Shown piece by piece: positions 39,233-53,024 of a DNA stretch of 64,000 bases. Both the position numbers and the translations under genes were made by a program. The stretch spans positions 218,178,001 to 218,242,000 of the forward strand of contig OZ024743.1 in the NCBI GenBank assembly GCA_964016885.1, read 5' to 3'. Source of the DNA: Eledone cirrhosa (lineage: Eukaryota). The notes under the pieces are model-generated. The model worked only from the letters and a program-made list of their open reading frames with translations. It was not told the origin of the DNA and did not search any database. The first letter of the stretch is position 1; every line of letters starts with the position of its first letter.

Positions 39233-39571
39233 CAGTGGAACCTCGGCTCACGAACTTAATTAGTTCCTGAAGGCCATTTGTCACCAGAAATTTCGTAAGT
39301 CAAAACTATTTTTTTCATATGAAATTTTGAGAGAGAAATACAGTGAGAGAGAGATTGTGTGAAAGACAGTTAGATATCACCTTAGTAACTAACTACACAG
39401 CAAATAACACTTTCCTATCGATACTCCCGGTTTGTCGCCAACTGTTGTTGCCGGTTTGCGTGTTCGTTACTCAAGACAATATTCGTCAACCGAGACGTTT
39501 TATGTTCGGAAAAATTATTCGAGAACTGATTTGTTTGTGTTGTGAGGCGTTCGTGAATTGAGATTCCCCTG
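39233..39571. mobile_element. pogo/Tigger-like MITE
   Basis: TA|CAGTGGAACCTCGGCTCACGAAC ... GTTCGTGAATTGAGATTCCCCTG|TA. Confidence 0.75.
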
Positions 39572-39766
39572 TATGTCATATGTTTTAGATTCTATGCAGC
39601 TAATTCTTCCTTTCAAGAACTGCAGCTGATTTGAATTTTATCTTCATCCAGTTTTCCAGACATTCAACAGAAATGACGTCTATCTCACTATTGTCAAAAG
39701 TTATATAAAGGTACTGGGTATTTCCTCCTTTACCTAGTTAAATTATATAACAATATAACAATAACA

Positions 39767-39937
39767 GGGCGGTGGTTTGACAGTATCGGTAGAGCATCAG
39801 ACACCATGCTTTGCAGTTTAGAGTTATGGCCCTTTACGTTCTGAGTTCAAATCCCGACAGGTTAACTTTGCCTTTCATCCTTACGGGATCGATAAAATAA
39901 AGCACCAATGATACACTGGCCTTGTACCAAAAGTAAA
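39767..39937 (+). mobile_element. SINE
   Basis: Diverged full copy of the dominant family. Confidence 0.8.
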
Positions 39938-39977
39938 AATATTATCTAACAATTATATACCAAAAAATTATCTAATT

Positions 39978-40065
39978 TCAAAAGGCCATAAGGAAAACTT
40001 CCAAACGATCCTTAAATGCAGACTGGTAAACCCAGCAAAGAGTGAAATTAGTTGAATCACAAATT
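39978..40065 (+). mobile_element. PLE RT remnant
   Basis: KGHKENFQTILKCRLVNPAKSEIS matches the PLE RT motif KDHK.NF...KCRLINPAKSE.G. Confidence 0.65.
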
Positions 40066-41475
40066 ACTGAAGGAAAAAGGAAAAATTATGGTGGGGTTAC
40101 GGGTTAATCATGAAACAGAAATCACCTCTCTCGTCCATCTTCATTCTCCTTTGCTATAAAATTAACAACATTTTCAACAGCAACAGACTATTTAAATGTA
40201 TATAACATTTAAATGTATATAACAGAAAATAAAAGTTCCGGTGCTGATTCCTCCCGTTTAAAAGGAAATAAAAACACGTGAGACAGAATGTGCGTATGTA
40301 TATCTGTGTATGTGGGTATGTGTGCGTACATATTGGACAATGAAAGAGAAGGTTAGATAGAGAGATGGTGAGAGGAAGTAAAAGTAGAAGACTACCAAAA
40401 GAGAAAATGAGTTAATACAGAGTTAAATTGATGTTGTAATGGAGGATGATGCAGATACTGATAGTGATGCAGTAGTAGAATGCTTGGGTTAGTAATACAG
40501 CAACCAAATGATGTGTAACGTAATTAATGTTACGCGACTAATGTCTTTCGTCATATTACGTTACAGGAAACTGCTAAACCTTATCCTAAATGAAATATAG
40601 TGTGGTTAAATTGGCTATCGGTGCTCAATAGTGTCGGAGAATGTATTTATCAAAATGAGGATTTCTCTTTATTAGAAACAAGGGTCTCTTTTATATATAT
40701 TTTTTTCTGTTTGTTTCTCGTAGGAAAGGGGTATGTTTAATCGACTAAAAATTGCTATTTCACGAAACTTTATTCTATCAAAATAAAAAATAAGATTCGT
40801 AAAAATAAAAGTGAACTTTCATCATATGGGACTCGAACGATAAATGAAATGCCGTGCACCTAATTTGGGATACTGCAAAGCAGAAATACTCGATATTATT
40901 CAGTCCATTACTCCCGAGGCTCTACACTACAATTGCTAGTATCGGGTATTCTATGTTATAGTATCACCGAAATCATTTTATTACAAAACACTATATATGA
41001 TATCAATACAGGAATTTTGAAGAGTATTATATTGCACCTAACTTCTCATATATATACATATAGCTCTCTAAAGGAATATCAAAAACGTCATTAGAAAGCC
41101 TTAACATCCATGTCAAGATTCACAGGTAGAAATACATTTAGGTATAGCTGGCTAATAAATGTGTGAAATGTATCTAAATGTAAATTCATCGTGTAATGGT
41201 GGTGCATGCTACATTCCGTTGTGATTTTATAACAAAACTGTATGTTTATCTAGTGTCTCAGATATGTCAAACTGGGGCAAATTCTTCTGTCAATATACCC
41301 ATAGTATATTTTAAACTCTGTAGATTACATATTGTGTATGTTACTTGCAGCAAAGAATTTCTACTGAATAAATAAATATATATATATAGTAGAGGTGCAA
41401 TTGAATTGCGTTCACATGTGGTATGCTAAGATAAGCACTCAATGCTCTTGTGGAGCAGAGTATCAATACTAATAA

Positions 41476-41705
41476 ATGGGAACAAAGAATCAATAATGCA
41501 TCATATAAAATGTAATTACATATTACACATATTACATATGCTTCACTTCCGATCAGCTACATGTGAGACCACATATCTCAGGAGCTCCCGGTTCCAGAGT
41601 CAGGATCGAACATTATTCGATCGTTCCTCGAGCTGATTGCCAGTGAAACATATGTAATATGTAATTAAATATGTAAATGATGATACACTGATTCTTTGTT
41701 CCCAT
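41476..41705. repeat. Old diverged fold-back palindrome around an HHR stem II region
   Basis: ATGGGAACAAAGAATCA..ATTACATATGCTTCAC..ATCAGCT / AGCTGAT..GTGAAACATATGTAAT..TGATTCTTTGTTCCCAT; arm carries GAAA-CATATG-TA. Confidence 0.7.
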
Positions 41706-41724
41706 ATGTATATATGTATGTATG

Positions 41725-41823
<99 letters not shown>

Positions 41824-41946
41824 TTATATTGGAGTTTACCAATATATATCCTGATAAAGACTATATATGCTCAATGCTAATCAGTATCCTTGGTCCAGCA
41901 GTAACCCAAAAAGGCTGAATGAGTTTACAGCCTCTGTAGATTAAGC

Positions 41947-41981
<35 letters not shown>

Positions 41982-42880
41982 ATGAGCAATTAAGAAGAAT
42001 TGGTGATGTTATCCTCAGATCAGGGATGTGTCACCGAATACTTGCAGCAAAGTGGACTCCTAAAGCCTTTCAAGTACCATATGGCTGTGTTTAACCGACT
42101 GATAGGTAAAGTTTACAACTCAATAGAGGATATAGTCAATCCGACAGCTTCTGCACAATTTCCTCCTATATTTCATTCTCAAAGCTTCTGTCGATTTGAA
42201 GTTATGAGATAAGACATTTACCCAATCTTCCGTCACGTACGATCAAACCTGAAATAGTTGTGAACCGAAATTCTTAACTACATAGTAATGCCTGCACTCA
42301 CGTTGCTGTTGTTATTTAGCCCATGGTCACAACATATCAGGCTATACCACAATGTTTACGTGTTTCGTTAAGAATCCATCATTTTTTATATGTACGAATA
42401 CATTGTCCAATGTATCCTCACGTTTCTTTTCAATTTGAGAGAGATTATGCTGCAATTTCTACCAATATCTGCACACATGGCACAACCAGACGCTGCAGAA
42501 TGTCCTCACCGGGGGACCGTTCATTTCAAACGGGAAAATGTGTCTATAACGGCACATCAAAATCCATTTCGTTGATTGGGCCGAGTCTTTAGAGCAGTGG
42601 GTATTTGTTCCGTGTCTCTTAGTTCTGATTTCAAATCCCGCCATGGTCTGCTTTGCTTTTCATCCATTTGGCGACAGTAAAGAAAGTACTAGCCCCATGA
42701 TTGTAGAGCTCTCTTTCCTGTCCGATGTCACAGCCTGAAATTTCTACTGGACCAAGGAAGAGGGCGTTGTGAGAGTGTCCGGGTCTTCTCATGACTACAT
42801 GGACACATACAACACTTAGCAAAAGCAATGTACATACTACTAAGTGATTACTCGATTGCAAGTGACGGCACTCTCCCTCT

Positions 42881-42911
<31 letters not shown>

Positions 42912-43054
42912 GTCAGTCTGCTAGTATGCAAATCAGGCCGATCAGTCACTGTATATTTTAGAAAATAGCATATATTTTCACTGGCTCTGACAGTTGGCAG
43001 GTGAACAGTGAACTATACTGATGAAGGGTGATATATATATATATATATATATAC

Positions 43055-43114
<60 letters not shown>

Positions 43115-43166
43115 GAAAACGAAAAATCAGTGATGCATTTGAACTCAACTTATTGTGTTACAATTG

Positions 43167-43431
43167 TTTCTAAAATATACAGTGACTGATCGGCCTGATT
43201 TGCATACTAGCAGACTGGCTGATCAGTTAGATCTGCATATTAGCAGATCCTCTGATCAGCCAGATTTGCATATCAGCAGACAACTTATCGCTCGTATACA
43301 GGAAACTGACTGGCCAGTCTGCTGATATGCAAATCTGGCTGATCAGTAAATCTGTTAATATGCAAATCTAACTGATCAGCCAGTCTGCTAATATGCAAAT
43401 CAGGCCGATCAGTCACTGTATATTTTAGAAA
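43167..43431. repeat. Long inverted repeat built of about 31-bp subrepeats with octamer motifs
   Basis: TTTCTAAAATATACAGTGACTGATCGGCCTGATTTGCAT.. / ..ATGCAAATCAGGCCGATCAGTCACTGTATATTTTAGAAA; five exact ATGCAAAT/ATTTGCAT. Confidence 0.85.
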
Positions 43432-43476
43432 ATAGCATATATTTTTACTAGCTCTGACAGTTGGCAGATGAACAGT

Positions 43477-43526
43477 GAACTATACTGATGAAGGGTGATA
43501 CCCAGAAACATTAGTGTCTGCAGTTC
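43477..43526 (+). ncRNA. Type I hammerhead ribozyme motif
   Basis: GAACTATA-CTGATGA-A GGGT gat ACCC A-GAAA-CA ttag TG-TC-TGCAGTTC; distal pairing TTGGCA/TGCCAA and AACAG/CTGTT; truncated copy at 42912-43031. Confidence 0.72.
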
Positions 43527-43617
43527 TGTTTACATGCCAACACAAGAGCAAGAATGGAGAGTTCATTCTACTGACGTGGCTAGAAAAATTAATCATATGT
43601 TATTATTAATATTCGAA

Positions 43618-43802
43618 CGGTGGATTGGCAGTATCGGTAGAGGGTCGGACGCCATGCTTTCCAGCATAGTTACGTCCCTTTACGATCTGAGTTCAAATCC
43701 CGCCGAGGTTGACTTTGCCTTTCATCCTTACGGGGTCGATAAAATAAAGTACCAGTAATGCACTGGGTATTTGCTGGCCTTGTGCCTAAAGTAGAAACAA
43801 TT
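43618..43802 (+). mobile_element. SINE with TSD TTAATATTCGAA
   Basis: Near-identical to the 51567 copy. Confidence 0.9.
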
Positions 43803-44391
43803 GTTAATATTCGAAAATTTTCTTTATATATATATATATATAAAGAAAATTTTCGTTCTACATTTTCCCGTTTGAAATGAACGGTCAGCCGGTGAGGACA
43901 TTCTGCAGCGTCTGGTTGTACCATCTGTGCAGATATTGGTAGAAATAGCAGCATAATCTCTAATTGTGATTTCCACACGTGGGTTAACTTACCACCGTGT
44001 CATTCACTTATTTGGTACAGAGCGAAATACCTGTTGATAACGTGATATTCCTTGTTCAATCATTATACCCAAAGCTTATATTTTTAAGCAGACTGTATTT
44101 TGATTTAGGTGTCACAGAAACTCTACATCGGATTTTAACAGCAATTCCGGGAGTCCAGGTCTGGATATCATTTATTTTTTATCATTTATTTTGTTTTGAC
44201 CTGTTTAGCTTGATTTGGTTTTTGGCTTGGGTGGTTAATGCCTTCTTGACCACCTTTTCAGTTTTATATGGGTTCTTAACACATTGTTTAGCCCTGGTTT
44301 TTAACTATGGAGCACTTTGCCAGTATCATTTCTGATTTTTGCGTTTCGTTTCGCTTTTCCTGCCCGTCGAAATGCGATTCTCGCTGAATCT

Positions 44392-44449
<58 letters not shown>

Positions 44450-44899
44450 CAACATGCTCGCTCAGGCTAAGAACGAAAGACTTGCTGAAGAAGGAAATCC
44501 TATGTTCTGTCGTCAAAAACCATTATATTGCAGACTCCTGCAATTGGAATTTGTCGATCTTGGATTTGCAGGAACTTAGCGCTGATGTTGGGTGCTGTAT
44601 GTGATGTATATTGTGTGATATACGATATACATTATATATTTTGCATTCAGCCTCACCGCTCTGTCCGGGTCAGTATAAAATCTTTTCCTGGGTCCTGTAT
44701 TTTCGTTGCTCTAGTGATGCGGCTGAACTGCCGACCACTATATCTGATTTGCTAAGCTGTCTGAACGTATTGTTATTACTCTGGGGTTCTTTTCCCCATC
44801 CGAGTGCTAAAGCTACAGACCGATTCTGCATTCGTTAGCTTGGCCGTGTTCTAAAGCTTCGTTAATGCTGTACTAATATATATATATATATATATATAT

Positions 44900-45043
44900 A
44901 ACGAAGGAAATGTGGTAAGGAACCAGGTGGACCATAACGCACCAAAGTACTCAATACTTAGGGTAGTAGAGTGGGTAATAGGAACGTCCAGAATTAGCCG
45001 TCGAAACGGCTTGAGCTCAGCCGTCGGGGTCTTACTGGTTCCT
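44900..45043 (-). mobile_element. Family A pLTR fragment with inversion starting in the HHR stem II loop
   Basis: Minus part ends at AATAGGAAC; plus part GTCCAGAATTAGCCGTCGAAACGGCTTGAGCTCAGCCGTCGGGGTC; (TA)n on both sides. Confidence 0.78.
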
Positions 45044-45384
45044 ATATATATATATATATATATAAACATAAATTATCGAGATTCGCATTTCGGCCCACGA
45101 AATAACGAAAAACAACCTCCGAGATGTGTGGCAAGTGCTCAATGATTCAGATGAACCAGAGCTATAACAAACGTTAAAGGCCAAACACACTGAGACCATG
45201 GTTAAACAATCATTCACATAGCCAAAAAAACGATCAAGTAATTAGGGTATTGAAAATTTACCCGGACCTCTGGAAGGTTGGTAAAATCCAGTATTTGGGT
45301 TTCTGCGGCTCCTAAATCAAGTACCATCCGCTTACATAAATAATGTCATGCTTCTTGTAAGATGATTGAACAAGGAAGCCACTT

Positions 45385-45953
45385 TCTATATATATATATA
45401 TACATATATAAAGTTGTATTTCTGTCTGTTTGTTCACGAACTACTGCTATGGCTTTGGAGATAGACCCCCATAACCATCTATATTCTGAAACTACATTGC
45501 CCAGGGTACTTGGATAAGTATATTTCCTGGTAATCAATGGGTTCCCGGGAGGCACAAAACCCCCTATGAAATTTGTTTCACTTCGATTTATATGAAATTT
45601 AAACCATAGGTAAATACCAAGATATGATGCCTATTCACAAAATTTCAGCACATGTCAATAATATTAAGACACCCAAATGGGGCAAATGATGCCTATTCAC
45701 AAAAGTTGTGAATTGTTATTTTGAAAAACATTATTTACAAAAAACAAAATAAAAATAAGATTTAATAATGTAATTTTGATTTGATATATTACAAAAAAAT
45801 AATGTTTTCCAATTTTTCATGCATTACATTTTACATTGAGTAATATTGAAATGCAGAGTTTTTCTCCATAAATTATATCACTGATTTAAATCAATCATCA
45901 TTTTCTTACAAAAAAATGTGTGAAACGCAGCAAGGCGCGGGTAATTCGGGTAG
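45385..45953 (+). mobile_element. Non-autonomous Helitron-like element
   Basis: TCTATATATA..AAAGTTGTATTTCTGTCTGTTTG start; GC-rich subterminal GCAGCAAGGCGCGGG and decayed GTAG|T end. Confidence 0.55.
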
Positions 45954-46034
<81 letters not shown>

Positions 46035-46178
46035 AGTAAGTATGTTTTGAAACAATATATATATATATATACATATATATTGAGAAAAGAGATGGATATA
46101 TATATATGTGTGTAAATGAAGTAATTCTGTCGGAAAAGTCCAGGAAAAAAGAGTGCTCTATGTAGGTAACAGAGCTTA

Positions 46179-46346
46179 ATAGTTATGTAATAAACAACAT
46201 AGGGCAATTATTTCATTTACGAGTGGTTTCTTAAAAGCAAAAAAAAATTTGTTTGCTTTTAATTTTTTTATTTTTTTTATTTTTTTGCTTTTAAGAAACC
46301 ACTGGTAAATGAAATAATTGCCCTATGTTGTTTATTACATAACTAT
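46179..46346. repeat. Fold-back palindrome centred on an HHR stem II
   Basis: Arms ATAGTTATGTAATAAACAACATAGGGCAATTATTTCATTTAC.AGTGGTTTCTTAAAAGC and its reverse complement; arm carries GAAA-CCACTGG-TA. Confidence 0.8.
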
Positions 46347-46495
46347 ATATATATATATATATTAAGAAAGAGAGATAGATATAAATATTTGTGGGCGTGT
46401 AAACATACATATAACGGTGCTTATATACGCGTGTGTATGGATGTGATAGGTAGATACTTCTCATCAACCTTGCTTGCAGCAAACTATTATGTGTA

Positions 46496-46596
46496 GCCGA
46501 GGTTAACTTTGCCTTTCATCCTTACGAGGTCGATAAAATAAAGTACCAGTAATGTACTGAGTAATTGCTGGCCTTGTGCCAATAGTAGAAACAATT
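46496..46596 (+). mobile_element. SINE, 3' half
   Basis: GCCGAGGTTAACTTTGCCTTTCATCC..GTAGAAACAATT. Confidence 0.82.
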
Positions 46597-47238
46597 ATGT
46601 GTAATTTAAATCTTTAATCGATGTTTACGTTTTTAGAGGCTTCGTTCGCATACTCTAGTCCAGGATTATTGTTTTATCATTTTCATCATTAACATCGTCG
46701 TTATCACTACCATCATCATTATCATCATCGTCCCCATCACCATTATCATCATCATCGTCGTCATCATCATCACCATCTTCATTAATCTCGTCAAACTAGC
46801 AATATACAAGAAAATTAAGTTTGTGTGTGTATGTGTGTGCGTGTGTGTGTGAATGCCTGAGTGTGTGTGTAAATCTCTAAGAGGGTATATAAATACCGTA
46901 TGCACCCTTTCTCTATAGATTTCAACATTTAATTTTAACATTCAGCTTAGACCTAATATTGAACAAGAACTCTGTGTAACCTTGAAAAGTAAAAAAAGGA
47001 AATAACTCTACAACTCGAAGAAAGAAACTTCCACAACACAAATTATGTTATATACTGTTATCTTATATGTATGTTTGTATGTTGTGTTATATTAATGTGT
47101 TGTGGTTGTGTTTTGTTCGGGTGGAAGGGACTTGATTGATTGATTAACTAAAGAATCGCCGGGGTAAAAGAATTTCAATTTTCCAGCCAAATAATTTCAA
47201 CTAAGATTCTTACGCATCTCTCTCTCGTCTTTTGTTTC

Positions 47239-47310
<72 letters not shown>

Positions 47311-47349
47311 TCCCTCTCTCTCTCTCTCTCCCTCTCTCTCTCTCTCTCC

Positions 47350-48030
<681 letters not shown>

Positions 48031-48066
48031 TATATATATATATATATACATATAAATATATATATA

Positions 48067-50471
48067 TATTTCGTTTCTGAATTTGTTTAGCAAGATTCTT
48101 TATCTGAAATCGTGTGTTGAAACCGATATTGTTATACTTTGGGAGGGTCATGTTGCCAATAAGAAACACACGCACCAGTTGCTTTCACTTCAATTTATTA
48201 TATATTTATAAATTTATAAATTTACAAATCTACAAATTTATAAATTTCTGGTTGGTTGGTTGGTTCCACAACCAGATAGTTATTTATATATAGTCATAGT
48301 CCTTTCGTCACACACTCTGTGACCTCTTCAGTGACTGGGGATTCCTTTCTTTGTTTCTGTGCCTTTCCTTTCTTCTGTCCTACGCCATTTTGTTTCTGTG
48401 TGTGTGTTGTGTGCTCAGTTTGCGCATGCGCCACATCCGGGTGTCTGTGTGTGTTTGTGTTCATTTATCTATTTGTTTATTTATTTACATGTTATTGGTT
48501 GGTTGTTTGTTCTATGTGTGTGTGTGTTTTCATTTTGTCCTTAATTGTAAGTTGTGATGTTGCTGTTCCACTCATATTTTCTATTTAATTTTGGTTGTAA
48601 TTCTTTTATGTTTATTGCCTCTGTAATTTGTCTAAACATTGCATCTTTTCTGTGTGTAGATTCTATTTTTATTTCTATGTTCTCTAATTTACCCTTGTGT
48701 TCTATCTTAGCATGTTGGTAGAGTACAGATGATTCTTTATTATCTTGAAGGTCTCGCCAGTGTTCATTTATCCGTTCCCCTATACTACGAGCTGTCTCAA
48801 CTATGTACACTATATTTTTGTTTCTACATTGTCCTTCAGTACATCTTATGCTATACACTACATTTCTAGTTTTACAGTTAATATGGGGGCTTATTTTACA
48901 GGTTATACATTTCTTATCTATACATGAGGGTCTTTGGAACGGGTATGTCTTGCTAATAAGTGTTTTTACGGAGGTAGCTGGTCTTTCAACTATCTTAATA
49001 TTGAGTTTATGTTTATTTAGGGCCCTTCTAAATTTGTAGGCTAGTTCGCCTCTAGGGGTTGTATCGATGAACATTACACTCTGGTATTTATTGCTATCAT
49101 ACCATGAGTTTATTCTATTGGCCTTGTTCCTAGTTCTTTCTATTCTATTCCAAAATTTGCTCCTATACAAGGGGCAGGTCCCATTTATGTCATTATTTAC
49201 CATTTTTTCCCATTTGCTTCTGGCTCCTCTATACACTCTGATTCTATCTCTCTGATTGTAGCCAGAGAACTGCATACGGTGGATGAAGTGTTGAATGTGT
49301 CTCTCTAGTTCTTCGGGGTTGCACATGCGGGACACATTTCTCATCACCCGTACCAAATCCGCAATCAGTATGTTGATTTTGGTATGGTCCGAAATGGCCG
49401 AGTTTCGGTGGATCAGATGTTTGGAAGTCATGGGTTTGGCATAATGGGAATGGAGGATTTGTTTATATTTATATATATTTGTTTATATTTATATTTATAT
49501 TTGTTTGATAGCAATAAATACCAGAGTGTAATGTTCATCGATACAACCCCTAGAGGCGAACTAGCCTACACATTTAGAAGGGCCCTAAATAAACATAAAC
49601 TCAATATTAAGATAGTAGAAAGACCAGGTACCTCCGTAAAAACACTTATTAGCAAGACATACCCGTTCCAAAGACCCTCATGTATAGATAAGAAATGTAT
49701 AACCTGTAAAAAAAGCCCCCATATTAACTGTAAAACTAGAAATGTAGTGTATAGCATAAGATGTACTGAAGGACAATGTAGAAACAAAAATATAGTGTAC
49801 ATAGGTGAGACAGCTCGTAGTATAGGGGAATGGATAAATGAACACTGGCGAGACCTTCAAGATAATAAAGAATCATCTGTACTTTACCAACATGCTAAGA
49901 TAGAACACAAGGGTAAATTAGAGAACATAGAAATAAAAATAGAATCTACACACAGAAAAGATGCAATGTTTAGACAAATTACAGAGGCAATAAACATAAA
50001 AGAATTACAACCAAAATTAAATAGAAAATATGAGTGGAACAGCAACATCACAACTTACAATTAAGGACAAAATGAAAACACACACACACATAGAACAAAC
50101 AACCAACCAATAACATGTAAATAAATAAACAAATAGATAAATGAACACAAACACACACAGACACCCGGATGTGGCGCATGCGCAAACTGAGCACACAACA
50201 CACACACAGAAACAAAATGGCGTAGGACAGAAGAAAGGAAAGGCACAGAAACAAAGAAAGTAATCCCCAGTCACTGAAGAGGTCACAGAGTGTGTGACGA
50301 AAGGACTATGACTATATATAAACAACTATCTGGTTGTGGAACCAACCAACCATCCAGAAATTTATAAATTTGTAGATTTGTAAATTTATAAATTTATAAA
50401 TATATAATAAATTGAAGTGAAAGCAACTGGTGCGTGTGTTTCTTATTGGCAACATGACCCTCCCAAAGTAT

Positions 50472-50479
<8 letters not shown>
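48067..50479. mobile_element. Two 5'-truncated copies of the 23265-27791 PLE in inverted, outward-facing arrangement
   Basis: Minus 49464-48067 (ORF 48541-49431 with intact GIY-YIG), AT filler, plus 49506-50479; HHRs at 48292-48336(-) and 50269-50313(+); (TA)n on both sides. Confidence 0.92.
48541..49431 (-). pseudogene. PLE RT C-terminus plus GIY-YIG endonuclease (truncated, open frame)
   Basis: CIDKKCITC..NCKTRNVVYSIRC..YIVETARSIGERINEH..LYQHAKIEH..RQITEA..PKLN. Confidence 0.9.
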
Positions 50480-50541
<62 letters not shown>

Positions 50542-50745
50542 GCTTTTTCTATGAAACTTTTCTATCAGTCAGTCAATCTATCTTCAGCTTCGCCTTGTCT
50601 TGACTTGCTCTGCCCTTGCCATGCTCTTTTTCTCTTCTTCTCTTCTATTAACGTCTTTACCTATCTCTGGAGACGAACATGAAATTGCAAAGGGAAGAGA
50701 GGGAAAAATAAACGAGAAATGTGAGAAAGACGATATATACATATA

Positions 50746-50904
<159 letters not shown>

Positions 50905-51566
50905 GCGTCTGTGTGTGTGCGTCTGTGTGTGTGCGTCTGCGTGCGTGCATGTGTGTACACGAAAAATTAAGGAAATGAAAACAAAAAATGAAAATGCTTA
51001 TCCACCAAAAATATTGATGAAAGACAAAAGAGAAGTCAATGTTAAAAGAGAATAGGGCAGCTAATGATCAATTGATTGATGCGAACGAAATAATAATTTG
51101 TTCACATTCTATGTCATTCCCTCTTTCTTTTCAGGCATACTCTTTGCCCACTCGTAAATCCTTTATTGCTATGTATCTATTTATTTATATATACTAGCAG
51201 AAAAAACATCCCCGGGTGGTTTTCTGCTAGCATGTGTCGAGTGCATATTGATATTATACGCAAGTATATATACATCAAATAACATCGTAATTGACAATAT
51301 ACACAGAAATTGAACGAAGACTACATTACACTGTCTTATGTAATCAGTAACGTAATCCATGATGCATTAAAAAAAGACGATATTATATATAAACTGCATT
51401 AGGAGAAAATTAGTGACGGAAATATATGAATGTTTATTTAAACGATCGCTAACCGGAAGTGTTGACATTTGAAAATGTTAAAGAAGTGAAAAAATATATT
51501 TAATCAACAGCTACGAAAATTAGTAGATAAATTATGTAATATTCATTCATTATTTATTCAAATTAA

Positions 51567-51754
51567 GGGCGGTGGATTGGCAGTATCGGTAGAGGGTCGG
51601 ACGCCATGCTTTCCAGCATAGTTACGTCCCTTTACGATCTGAGTTCAAATCCCGCCGAGGTTGACTTTGCCTTTCATCCTTACGGGGTCGATAAAATAAA
51701 GTACCAGTAATGCACTGGGTAATTGCTAGCCTTGTGCCTAAAGTAGAAACAATT
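51567..51754 (+). mobile_element. Full-length SINE with 18-bp TSD
   Basis: ATTATTTATTCAAATTAA at 51549-51566 and 51752-51769; A box TGGCAGTATCGG, B box GAGTTCAAATCCC. Confidence 0.92.
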
Positions 51755-52100
51755 ATTTATTCAAATTAATCCAACTTATTTTACAAATGGGATAAAAAAA
51801 TTTATAAACCGTACGCAGTCCCGTACTCCTTACTTTATTTAGATATCCATCCCTATCACTATCTATATTGATATCTCTATATCTAACTATTTATATATTA
51901 TCCATCTCTATCACTATTTACCTATTTATATTGAGATCTATATAACTGCCTATTTGTCTATACTTCTATTTCCATCTATCTTTAACAATACATCAATTCA
52001 GCTATCTATCTCCATGCAATCACAATCCACCTAGCTATCTATTTACATGTATGTTTAGCTATCTATTTCTATTCATCTATGTCAATATATTTATTTAAAT

Positions 52101-52749
52101 CAGAAGTTCACAAACTTTTTGGGCCACTGACCCCCTCAGCGCCCCAACCCTATTTCCAGAGAGACCTGCCTACACGCAAATGGTAAATAATTGTTTCTAC
52201 TTTAGGCACAAGGCCACCAATTACTCCAGTGCATTACTGGTGCTTTATTTTATCGATGCCGTAAGGATGAAAGGCAAAGTTAACCTCGGCGGGATTTGAA
52301 CTCAGACAATAAATGTAAATAATATATAATAGAATCGTTAATTTATATATAATAAATAATATAATTGTTTCTACTTTTGGCACAAGGCCATCAATTACCC
52401 AGTACATTACTGGTACTTTATTTTATAATAAATAATATAATATATACTATGTATAACTAAATAACTACCGTATTTCCTGGCGCCGAAGACGCTTCGTCCT
52501 CGAGGACCTCCCCTAATTTTGTCCAGGACGCATGGTAGATTTTTGAGACTTATTTTAGGGAAAAAAGTAGCGTTTTCGACACCGGGAAATACGGTATTCT
52601 TTATTTTACTATAGTTATATACAATATGTATCATTTGATATTTAATATACTATTATATCATCTCTACCGCTCCCTTAGGCCCCACAGAACTTTCTCAACC
52701 CCACCCCCTTCCTTCCGGGAGGCGGTAGCGCCCACTTTAAGAACCTTTG
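52101..52749. mobile_element. hAT-like MITE hosting nested insertions
   Basis: ATTTAAAT|CAGAAGTTCACAAAC ... TTTAAGAACCTTTG|ATCTAAAT (8-bp TSD, one mismatch); contains SINE pieces 52189-52305 and 52363-52424 and MITE 52468-52594. Confidence 0.6.
52468..52594. mobile_element. pogo/Tigger-like MITE
   Basis: TA|CCGTATTTCCTGGCGCCGAAGACGC ... GCGTTTTCGACACCGGGAAATACGG|TA. Confidence 0.82.
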
Positions 52750-52840
52750 ATCTAAATAGTAAAATATTCATCTCTAAGTAACTATGTATCCATCTATATA
52801 TTTATCTATCTATGTTTAATTATATCTATCTACTTTTTAT

Positions 52841-53024
52841 CTATCTGTTTACCTCTTGCTATGTATATCTCTATCTAGCTATGTCTAGCTATATCTGTTT
52901 ACCACTTGCTATGTATATCTCTATCTAGCTATGTCTAGCTATATCTGTTTACCTCTTGCTATGTATATCTCTATCTAACTATTTCTAACTATATCTGTTT
53001 ACCTCTATCTATGTATATCTCTAT
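52841..53024. repeat. 50-bp minisatellite, about 3.7 copies
   Basis: Unit ATATCTGTTTACCTCTTGCTATGTATATCTCTATCTAGCTATGTCTAGCT. Confidence 0.85.

Noticed and set aside
40124-40160. Possible 28-bp minus-strand micro-exon (ttttatag..gtgatt)
   Set aside because: Weak donor site and expected by chance in 64 kb.
44484-44505. CTGAAGA-AGG aaat CCT hammerhead 5' half
   Set aside because: No following GAAA or stem III.
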